This document shows, in pieces, positions 1 through 9,900 of a stretch of 64,000 bases of DNA. The notes under the pieces are model-generated. The model was not told where the DNA came from and did not search any database. It saw only the letters and a list, made by a program, of their open reading frames with translations. The DNA is from Trypanosoma brucei (taxonomy: Eukaryota): assembly GCA_000002445.1 (NCBI GenBank), contig CH464491.1, positions 1,920,001 through 1,984,000 of the forward strand, given 5' to 3'. Positions within the stretch are counted from its first letter, which is position 1, and every line of letters begins with the position of its first letter. The position numbers were made by a program, and so were the translations under genes.

Positions 1-1861
1 CCGTGTCTTGCAGATCATGCGGCACTGTACCCCGTCGCAATTCCTGTAACTGCTGGGCGAAAATACTACTCCCTTCCTGCCGCACAACCCGCTGGAGCTT
101 GAGCATTGCAAAATTACGGCGGAACACTGACGAGTGGACAAGCGATACGGAACAGATCGCACCCAGTTGGAGGAAATCACCAGACAAGATAACTTGCACG
201 CCACCGAAAGGTAAATCCACACCGTTCGCCCGGCGGAGCTGGAATTCAAGTGACTCAAATAGCTCCTTTGATAGCATGGAAACCTCATCTATGATAATCA
301 CATCGAACTCCTTCAACTCCGCTCGCCGTGTAAACTCACCATACACATTCACACCGAAGCAGTGATGTAGCGTTGCCCCATTCAAACGCCTTGCTGCTAT
401 GCCTGTTGTCGCTGTGGTTGCTACCGTAAGGCCTCGGCTGACAAGTTCTTGCCTTATTACCCGCAGAAGAAGAGACTTTCCAGTCCCTGCCCCTCCACCA
501 ATATACGTGTTGTAGCCGCGAAGCACAAAGTCTACTACACGCCTCTGTTCTTCGTTTAAGTCAGGGTAGCCAAGCAACCGTTCATGGTATGTCATTTCAC
601 CGTTTATAGCAACCTCATCGCCAGCCGGGTTCGCCTCTTCCGTTTTCGTGTCGGGTTCTCCCTTAGTAACGTTTGCCACGCACGAACGCTTCACACGCTG
701 GTAGTGCAGCTGTAGCAGCTCATGAACTCGGGATATCATCTCTTCCATAGGCTGGTCTTTTAGCAGTACGTGTTGTAATTGGTTAAAAAGGGAACTACGC
801 CACGCAGATGGCCAACTAACCTCTTTCTCACGGAGTTTATCACGAAACTCCACCAGTGCATGCGGATCAACTACGGAAAGCTCCTTCTCACTGGAACGAA
901 CTCCTACACCAAGTACAGAGAGCGCGCGGATACTGGCCGACGAGCTTTTCACTACCCGCTGAGTAAAAATATTGTACACAAGCGTGTCCCCTTCTTCCCA
1001 AGTAACGGTGCTACTGCTTCTCGCTAAAGGTGATTGTGCCACAACCACCGGTTGTTGCTGAACATATATCTGCTTTTCCTTAGTATCGGCAAGAGGGGCT
1101 GCGACCGTATCAGCCTCCAGTTTAACTAATATTTTCCTAGCCGGCCGTGATCCAAGAGAATATCCCTCTTGGTTTGCATTGCTGTGGCGTCCACATTCCC
1201 CACTACTACTCAGCACCCGGGCTATTGTACCAACCAACGTGTTGGAAGAGTCGGGAGGTTTATCACATTTTCCAGGAGTTCCCGTCCCAACCGAGTCAGC
1301 AGCAGCACCACCGCGTGTGGCTCGCCTAACGACACAAATGAGCGGCGGTTTCTCCACAGGAGGTCCAGGCGGAAGCGCTACCGTAGGAGCAGCTGCAACT
1401 CCGGATGTACTAACACCACTAACCTCAGCAACATCGACTGAGCTATTAATCCCACCAGCACCAACACCACCGCATCCAGTGGCAATGGTTGCGATACTTC
1501 TGCTTCCATGCCGTATGGGCACATCACCAGGCGTTGTCCAGCCGTTTAATGATCGTACATGTTGGCACCGACGAAGTCCAGCAGGGCTGGAGCCATGCCA
1601 CGTTCCCACGCTTGATGATGCGGTAACGGCGCAAGGCTCTTGCCCCGAAACCTGAGGAGGGTGACGTGAGAGCCGAACGGCTGAGGTGCGACACTTTGAC
1701 ATCCACGACGGTACCGCAATCAGTGATAACGGGGTAGACAACAATCGCGACTGGACGTGGCGGTTGTGGGAAGCTGGGAACAATTTTTCGTCGAGAAGCC
1801 TATGGTGGGAGGTGCGCATGAACCGCCCTAAACTGCTCCAAACTACCGTCTTTGAAGACAT
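1..1861 (-). CDS. PIF1-family 5'-3' DNA helicase, partial (C-terminus runs off the window). Has a ~420-aa N-terminal extension that begins [23 protein letters not shown].
   Basis: Hand translation of the minus strand is open from the first Met after an in-frame stop (codon 1859-1861) to position 1. Downstream of Met 593-595 it reads [11 protein letters not shown] (Walker A), [17 protein letters not shown] (motif II) and [14 protein letters not shown], the PIF1/RecD signature. This ORF is absent from the supplied track because it has no stop inside the window. Confidence 0.7.
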
Positions 1862-2406
1862 TGGTCCGACTGCACTATCACCGCAAACTGCTGTGGTTTA
1901 CTTGAAAAACAAACCCCAAACCACACGCTCACGTTAACCCGCTTTCTTTCCTCTTCTCCACGTGTCTTTCTTTTGTTTGCTTTCACACACCCTCCTCAGC
2001 TCTACGCCGATGTCTTAAGGTGTTAAATTCCGTTGTTTCTCTTTATTCCTTCTCCAATCTCACAGTCTTCCTGTATTTTCTTTTCTGTTTTTCTCTTCAC
2101 GGTAGCACGTCTGTCTCTTTTCCACTGCACACACCTTTGAATTGGGAATTTGTGAGTTAACCCGTCTGAGGAGATTATTTGAAAAAGGTACGGCCGCGAC
2201 ACGAAGTAACAATTTTAAAAATTCGGCCGTCTTATATATATACAAATGTAAATAAATAAATATATATATATATCTATGTCACTTCTATAAAAGATATGTG
2301 TCTATGAGCGTATGACGGGAGGTGCTGACTCGTGCCCTTCTTTCTTTTTTTACTTTGTTTCTCCACGAATAGGTGTACAAAACTCACACACCTTTTCCCC
2401 GTTATC

Positions 2407-2456
2407 CTCTGCCTCCTCCTTCGTCCCTTTTAATTTGAATGAAGGAGGAGGCAGAG
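2407..2456. repeat. perfect 16-bp inverted repeat (hairpin with 18-nt AT-rich loop) in the spacer upstream of the PIF1 gene
   Basis: ctctgcctcctccttc gtcccttttaatttgaat gaaggaggaggcagag. Confidence 0.9.
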
Positions 2457-3240
2457 AGTTTGTGCGGGTCTCTGAGTCTATATGGAGCCGCACAGCTTGT
2501 CGCCTGCGGCTGTCCGTGGGTGCGTTGGTGGTAGTAGTGGTGAGAATCCACTCTTACCTTTTTTCCCTCTTCTCGGACTGCGCTCTGTTTTACGCAGTTA
2601 CAGCTCCTACCCATGCACAATTATTGTTACTAACCCCTCTGTTGAGTGGGTTGCGGTCAAATGCAGTTCCTACCGCCTCCTGAGGGCTGCGGTATCACCA
2701 CTCGCCGCTGGAGCCTATATACACTGTTTCCGTTTATTTATTTATTGTTGTTGTTGTTCAAAAACAAATGAGGATAAACAGAGGCAAGAAGGTATATTTG
2801 CAGGTGGAGATTAAACAAAGCTGAGTGATGAGACAAAGAGTGGTCAATTTGCAGAGTACACATGAAACAACACCGCGGCCCCTTAGAAAGTCAAGCAAAA
2901 GTAGTCATAATCAAAGCAAATTCAACGCTTTTATTACACAAATGTAAACGTACTTTTGCCTCTCCCTTCCATTTGAGGGGGAATACGTATGTTTACAGCT
3001 AGTCTCCTCCAAATCTTATTAAAACAACTGAATGCCACGAAACGGTACACGCGGTTACAAAAAAGCAACAATGATACGGCGTTTGCACTTCACACTAAAA
3101 GCAACATTCTGTACATGAAGCATACCTCTCGGGAGTTCAAAAAAAAAAAAAACAAGAATCGGGAATAGATACCCCAATACGAGGAAAATTAAGGAACGAA
3201 AATTCAAAGTAATAGACCCCAAAACAGCTCCACACACGCA

Positions 3241-3283
3241 CATATATGTATATATATATATATATATATGTATATACATATGT
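3241..3283. repeat. (TA)n microsatellite
   Basis: catatatgtatatatatatatatatatatgtatatacatatg. Confidence 0.9.
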
Positions 3284-3629
3284 GCGTGAGACGAGAGAAA
3301 CGAAAAAGAAAAATAACCCCAAAAGTGATGTGAACTCTAGAAGTGGGAGCGTAGCAACGCTTAGCGCATGGTGGAGCTATGTTAGACCACAACTTTAACG
3401 CCTTTCTACCTTTGCTCAACCATTTGCAACAACAACATGTACAATTTTCAATTCCCGCGTGTGCTTTTCCTACACGTTTAATCGGTTTGTTTAACGGTAA
3501 CACCACTGGTCATGCTATATTTGCGGGGAAATGGGTACGCACGGGACTTCTCCCAATATTAAAAGATAAGGTGTAATTAACATGCAAACAACCAAGGAAG
3601 TAGACCTCCATCGAGGACATGTGGAGGTG

Positions 3630-6380
3630 TCAAACGGCAGGTGTTGCTTCCGCCCTTTCCTCACTCTCACGTCCAAAACATTGCGATGCGGCACCAGAAA
3701 CGGAAGCCCTCGCCCGCTTTTTCACGAACTTCGCAAATGTGAGAATGCTGTCAAGTTGCATCACCGAAAGCGCGTTCACAACGTAACCTGGAAGTAAACC
3801 CTCGGGGTCAGCTGCTATACATCGGGTCACTCGCACTCCTTCCAGACCATCATCACCAACTGCTACTTCAGCTAACACACCAAATGCGAAAACACGCGCA
3901 CGTACGAAACCTGCTAAAGTTGGTACCTCACTCGGAGCATCCACAGAAGTATGTAGAAACATGGGTTTACCTCCTTCGAGACCCATGGCAACGCGCTGAT
4001 CTTCGCTTGGGTAGAACGAGACGGCGGTACGTGTCACGACATCACGCGCCGAAATTCCCCAAAAAGGGGAACTAAACTTTGTGTGATAAATGTGAACGTC
4101 GGAAGATACCTTTCTCACCAGCACTTTTGCCTCCACCATGTTGTCCATTACACTAACCAAATGAGGGTCATTCACAACTGAATCCACATCCGCCAGGGTG
4201 GCTCGAGGAATGTGTACGACCACCTTTACCGCCTTTTTATCCGACCACTGCGTGTCTGCAGTCCACAGCGTCGCCCCTTTCTTTTGCGACACAAAATCCC
4301 ACTTGCACTTCAAGAAAATTTCCTTGATCACATATTCGGCTATCTGCAGTGCACCATTGTTTTCCTCACACTTGGGAATGTTCTCTGCTACCCCATCCTG
4401 CACATGTGCTGGGGGAGTGGTGCACACCGCAGAGCGGACAGGAGACACATGCAACGATGTGGTGCGCTGTCGGTCTTCTTTCGGTACCGCCGTGCGGATT
4501 TCAGCACCACTTGTACCGAGTAGCTCCACTATGGCATCCGCCTTACACGATAGTTGTTTAGTCAACTCGTGACGCGTACTTTCCGGAAGGTTAGTACTTG
4601 AAGTTATGGTATAGCAAGCGCGCAACCTAAGAGATCCGTCTTCACGCTCGGACCCAGCAATGTCGTAACTCCACGTTAGCAGGCCCTCATCTTTGGCAAA
4701 TCCAAGTAAGGAAGGCAGTGTGATGGGTGTTCTCATCGATTTGATGGCGGGGTCTGCTGAAGGTGGCGACTCCGCACTGCTCTCGGCGCCAGCCAAACTC
4801 TGCACTGCGCTTTGCTCTCCTTGCTGTGGTCCCACCGGGAAGTCAAGTCCACAGGAAGCATTCGTATCCGTACGCAGCGACTCCCGTGCACCGGCCAACA
4901 TGTACACTGTAGAGAGAGTGAACTCGCTTCCATCTTTAGTGCTTACAAGTGTTTGACGACTCAGCGTTTTGTTGCATCGGAAGAAATAGTTCCCCTGCCT
5001 CTCGCTACGCACTGCGTTAGCCAGTACGGCCTGTAGCGAGTTTACACTCCCCTGGGGGACATCAACCTCGACAAAGATCGTTGTCGTGTTCGTTGTGCCA
5101 CTTCTCTCCCAGGCTCCGCTGTCTCCCACCAAGCCGTCTCCCCGCAGCCATTCACGCGACCGTAGTGAAGGCGTTGATGGTTGGCGGTTTGCAAGTGAAT
5201 TGCGGTCGCAGCGTTCACCGAAGAAGGCGGTACCCCCTGCCGCTGCATTCGCTTCCCGTCGAACTGGACTCCCGGAATTGTGTCCGGAAAAGGCTCCGGT
5301 GCACACGTTACTACCCGACGAAAGCAGCGAGTAATTGAACCCACAACTCGCTGCAGACTCAGTTTTGGAGGAAAGGGGCTTCGTTCTTCTGACCAGTGGA
5401 GTCCCTATTAGCCGCCTGAATCCTGTGTGAAGGAGTGATGCAATTATCAGCGGCGGTATCACGTGCTCAAAAATATTAATCAACGTCCACTGCGGTGCCA
5501 ACCACACGACAAGCCAATGCAGACACACAACCCCAGACACGAAATGGATAACGTTTTTAGATACATTCATGACGAGAAAATTCGTCACATAAAGTATCCT
5601 AGCCTTCCCTTCCCTTTCTTCCTTTTCAGTCATAAACTGCCGACACCGCAGTAAACCCATTACCAGGGAAATGATAAAAATAAACGACCACTGCAATACT
5701 TGACACCACCACCCAGCAGCCACAACGGTCACATACGCAGCGGTCTCGAAAGGATGGGTCCAATCCCACATTTCCATGATACGTATGAGGCAGGCATCGT
5801 AGGCATCTGCGCTACTTCCCCCTTGTACGGGAAGACACGTGAACTGGGGGCTCGCACTCAGGTCGGAGAGTGGCGAGTACTCAGTTGCATTTTCCCACGC
5901 TAGATGGCTTCCCCCAATTCCTGTCCAGTTGGGGCAAACGGGGGAGCGCTGAAATGGGCTCAACTCACTCCCCTGATGTCCAATGGAGGAGGCGCTGCTC
6001 TGCTGGGAAACTCCAAGGCCCCAATTCCCGCCGCACGGAGGCATCCCCTTTGCCTTCAACTCATCCCAATCCCTCATGATTTCATCCCGTGAGTCAGACG
6101 TGGCCAACACCAGTCGCATACGGGGGCCTGTACTTTCCTCAGCAATGTTTCTCCCACTACCATCCGTCATCGACTGATAGTCTACCCGATTGGATGAGCG
6201 AATGATGCGATATTTCTTGAGATCCGCTTCACCGTAAAACAAGCGGTGGACGATTCGCTTGTTCTTTCGCATTCCCTCACAGGTGCGCTCTTGCACGCAT
6301 AACTGCATCTGAGGGCCTCCGGCAATAACTTCCCATGAGCGGAAAGACCTGGAAGGTACCGGGTGGTGTAGGATAGTCAT
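3630..6380 (-). CDS. hypothetical multi-pass membrane protein (916 aa) with a C-terminal START/Bet-v1-like lipid-binding-type domain
   Basis: 916-aa ORF. Hydrophobic helices around residues ~190-330 (VTVVAAGWWCQVLQWSFIFIISLVMGLL, VVCLHWLVVWLAPQW, IPPLIIASLLHTGF). A Ser-rich linker follows. The C-terminal block WTADTQWSDKKAVKVVVHIPRATLADVD...SPFWGISARDVVTRTAV resembles START-domain motifs. Confidence 0.6.
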   Translation of the reverse strand: MTILHHPVPSRSFRSWEVIAGGPQMQLCVQERTCEGMRKNKRIVHRLFYGEADLKKYRIIRSSNRVDYQSMTDGSGRNIAEESTGPRMRLVLATSDSRDEIMRDWDELKAKGMPPCGGNWGLGVSQQSSASSIGHQGSELSPFQRSPVCPNWTGIGGSHLAWENATEYSPLSDLSASPQFTCLPVQGGSSADAYDACLIRIMEMWDWTHPFETAAYVTVVAAGWWCQVLQWSFIFIISLVMGLLRCRQFMTEKEEREGKARILYVTNFLVMNVSKNVIHFVSGVVCLHWLVVWLAPQWTLINIFEHVIPPLIIASLLHTGFRRLIGTPLVRRTKPLSSKTESAASCGFNYSLLSSGSNVCTGAFSGHNSGSPVRREANAAAGGTAFFGERCDRNSLANRQPSTPSLRSREWLRGDGLVGDSGAWERSGTTNTTTIFVEVDVPQGSVNSLQAVLANAVRSERQGNYFFRCNKTLSRQTLVSTKDGSEFTLSTVYMLAGARESLRTDTNASCGLDFPVGPQQGEQSAVQSLAGAESSAESPPSADPAIKSMRTPITLPSLLGFAKDEGLLTWSYDIAGSEREDGSLRLRACYTITSSTNLPESTRHELTKQLSCKADAIVELLGTSGAEIRTAVPKEDRQRTTSLHVSPVRSAVCTTPPAHVQDGVAENIPKCEENNGALQIAEYVIKEIFLKCKWDFVSQKKGATLWTADTQWSDKKAVKVVVHIPRATLADVDSVVNDPHLVSVMDNMVEAKVLVRKVSSDVHIYHTKFSSPFWGISARDVVTRTAVSFYPSEDQRVAMGLEGGKPMFLHTSVDAPSEVPTLAGFVRARVFAFGVLAEVAVGDDGLEGVRVTRCIAADPEGLLPGYVVNALSVMQLDSILTFAKFVKKRARASVSGAASQCFGRESEERAEATPAV

Positions 6381-6692
6381 TCGGTGCCTCAGCTATCTCT
6401 TACTCCTTCACTACCCAGTCTGCATAATACAAGTTAAAGAAAATTGGACGTGTGGCAGCGAGAGACACAGGAAGCAAGTGATAGTTCGAAACGAGTTACA
6501 AGTATTTAATAGTGAACAACCCAGTTGGGTCACGTTGTCCAACGTTCTACTGGCTGCGGTTGGCACAATGAGGTAAACACAAGGTGTCGCAACGGCAACA
6601 ACGAAGACGAAGGGTGAGGAAAAATGAAAACACATCCTTGAGCGACAAATAGCAGTAATAACAAAAAAAGGAGTGTTCGGCCACATGCAGAA

Positions 6693-6709
6693 GGGGGAGG
6701 GGGGGGGGG
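6693..6709 (-). promoter_or_regulatory. C-rich polypyrimidine run on the sense strand ~310 nt upstream of the 916-aa gene, a candidate trans-splicing polyY signal
   Basis: Plus strand reads gggggaggggggggggg, so the minus-strand transcript reads C/T only. Confidence 0.3.
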
Positions 6710-6941
6710 AACGCAAATGTTTGTATGTGTACATCCGTGCACAATGTACAGTTACCCTCGTCCCCTCACCTCTAGTTACAACGTCTAATATACATTTTCA
6801 TTCCTACGACTTGCACGACGTACTGGAAACACGTCCACACGGGTAAAAACGGACGATTAACTGTAGGCGGTGAGCGACGTAAAACATGGTGTAGTGGTTG
6901 TGACGATAGGAAGAACACCGCCAACTTGTCACTCTCCCCAA

Positions 6942-9900
6942 TTATGTGTCGGATCCGTCATGCTTCGATTGGGGTAGGTGCTGCGACATAACCATCGCCA
7001 GACCCTCACTCCTGTGAGCCAGTGGGCGGAAAACACCCTTCATCAGGAATTTTTCCAACCTCTGTTCAAACGGAATAAGCGGATTAGGCTGATTGAAGTG
7101 ACACAACACGCACAAGAATTCGAGGAACCCATCATACAAAAGAAGGAAGAATTCCTTCACTTTAGTCGCCGATGCTCCCTCGAGTGTCGGGTCAAGGATG
7201 CTGACATTGCCACGGCGCCGCACAACGGGCACATCCCGCGGTCTCGAATCGTTCTCTCGGCGCCTCTCCTCCAGTAGCGCCTCATCAACCTTCTTGGACA
7301 CGCAGCAGGCCTTGAACAGGTCTGTGATGACGCTCTGGGAGATCTCAGAACTTGTTAACGCCGCATCACGGAGCATTTGAACGACCTGGTCCTTCTCTAT
7401 TCCTACGAGGCCACAAATATCTCTGGAGTACGTTGTGTGCAATACCTGCAAGACCTTGTTATGTCGCACCAAAACTTCATGTGCTCTGGCGTTGGCCCGG
7501 ATAGCCTTCATGATAGATGAAGGACGAATCATTGTCTCACCTACTTGGTGTGGGACCACCTGTCTAAAGTGAAAATCCCTGAGAGCGTCGCCAAGCCACG
7601 TAATGGTTGGTTCTGACTCGTTCTCTCCCTCCCCACCACCGCCTCGGTACACGGAAGGATACATCTCGTGGATGAGGAGAACTAACGCTGCAACGAACTC
7701 GGGAAAGAACATCTCATCGGAGAAATACGATAAAGGCATAGTTGAATACCCTGCGTCAGCCGGGTTAGGCTCTTCGAGTCTCGTATCCACGTCGACAAGC
7801 GAAGACATAACCATACAAAAGATATTTGTCACCTGCTCCAGATCTAACAGCGACGTCTCTGGGTCGTCAGGCGAAACGAGACCCACATCCATCAGTAGCA
7901 AACGCCAACTACCAAGATCGATCGCCGGCATAGCGCAGGTGTGTGAAAGCTTAGCACGCTGCAGAAATAGTTGCATGAGATCCGAACCACATGTTTCAAA
8001 CGACTTCAGAAGGCTTCCCTTGTTTTTAGTGGTGAAGAATCCTTCCGTGTTCCACTCATCTTCGGTCCACTCACCGACGCACTTCAAAACCCCAGTACCA
8101 ACTGCTGCGCGTATGGCGGCTTCTCTATCACGGAACATGGCCCGAATGCACGGTAATTCATCGGGAAAGACCCAGTCACCAACACGGTAAAGGCCAGCCT
8201 GCAGCGCGGCAACTGAACTCCGCCCCCCGGTGTATATTCCACGACTCATTCCACTGTAGGTGCGTACGGGAACAAGGCATGAAAGAATAATGTGCCAGCG
8301 ATGCTCCTGCAAGGACCGCTGCAAAGCAAGACCGAGGGTCCCAAGCATGTAAGCAAGATCGGGTGAGTCGAACGCCGTGCTAGGCCAGAAGTTACCGCGC
8401 AATATATAGGGATGCGCCATAGTGTTAATCAGCGGTTGGCAGTGCTTCAAGAAAAGTTGCCAAGGGCTTCGCTCGTCTTCTTCCAACTGGGCCAGAAATT
8501 TTCGTGCGAGGTGTTTCCCCTCATCTTCTAGTGGAAGTTGATCATCAGCCTGCGAATCAGAAAGTGGTACTGGTGAATCACTTTTAGTACTATCGGTTGA
8601 TTGCGTGTACGTGCCTTTGCTAAGAAGGTACATCATTGCGTCTCGTTCAATCATTGCACTTTGCTTCGCCTTATGGTTGAAGGGGTGCGAAAATCGTACG
8701 TACAACAGCGCGACTAAGGTTATTGTTGCACTTGTATCACCACGTGCCAGCGCGTGCGGGTCGATTATCTCATGCAAATCCACACGGTCAACGGGGGGCG
8801 GGGGCGTCATGCCAACAGCCTTCAGTGTTAGGTCATAAATGTGGTCCATGCGCTTCTGCACCATTGCATCTCCTGGTTGTCCGCCGGATGCCAGTAGCTC
8901 CCTTGCAAAGTGAAGCAATGCTGACATTCGATTCACTGACTTCATGCTCAGTAGATCACCGAAGCAGTCAGAGTATGTGGGAAAGGGTGTCTCCAGTTGA
9001 ACACGTTCGTGCATCAGCAGTCGCCGCCTTTGCTCCGGGAAATTACGACCCTCATTCCCTCCATGCTGACCCAAGTTGTTTGCATCGGTTGCTGTTTTGT
9101 TTTGGTAGCGAGGAAGGGCAAGATAAAACAGTAAACGACTAAGTAAAACACCGCTGCGTGCCTCTTGAGAGAAGCTGTAAAAGCGTGTGGAAAGGGCTCC
9201 ACCCTTTAAGTCGTCCAGCGACTCCAGGTCGTCAAGGCAGTTATTTGCCCAATCTCGTAATATTGTCTGAGAATCTGGCATAAAACGTGTGGAGGAGAGG
9301 ACAATGGGGGCCAATTTCCCATATAAGCGTTCCGCCTCTGCGCCTGGGGGTCCCGATGACAAACGGGACATGCCCTTACGGTAGTCGTCTTCCTCAACCT
9401 CACCGGTTGGTGATTGTCCTCTTTGTCTTTGCCCCGCACTCCCTACCCTGTCTCCACAGGAAGTTGTTTTGCTGGAGGCGTTCGTTACAACAGAGTTACC
9501 ACTACTTGGGAGAGCAGGGACAGGACTGGTACAGACTTTTCTTGAAGCCTGCTTCTGACGTGAGCCTCGGGAGTCATCGACCAACTCCGATAACGCTGTC
9601 GATGCACCGCAAATGTCTCCAATTACACGCAAAACAGTGCGTTGCCACGGCCGCTGCTCCTGGCATCGCAATCGGGATTTCAGTTGCGTATTGCGCCGCT
9701 CTAGTTCCCGTATATCGAGTTCTCTTTCCTGCACGATGTTGCAGTAGTGTAGTCGCATTTCTTCCGATTCCCGGAGACTTTCCTCCAAGCTGTAAACCTT
9801 TTCTTTTAAGGATTCATTCTCACGCTCCAGCTTCTGAATAATACGGTTCTGAACTGCTATCCCTTCACGCAGGTGCCCGCTGATTTTCTCCATGTCGTAT

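Noticed and set aside
1179-1655. Plus-strand ORFs (158 aa and several 60-120 aa, e.g. 3..365, 1169..1441) at the window start
   Set aside because: They are antisense to the hand-verified PIF1 helicase reading frame, which carries unmistakable helicase motifs. Their composition (Pro/Ala/Gly/Ser-rich) is typical of antisense frames of GC-rich coding DNA.
7603-8190. 195-aa and other plus-strand ORFs (6978..7277, 9287..9841, 9940..10350, 10098..10607, 11058..11586) inside the 1666-aa gene
   Set aside because: All are antisense to a single uninterrupted 5-kb ORF. They have no motifs and a skewed composition.
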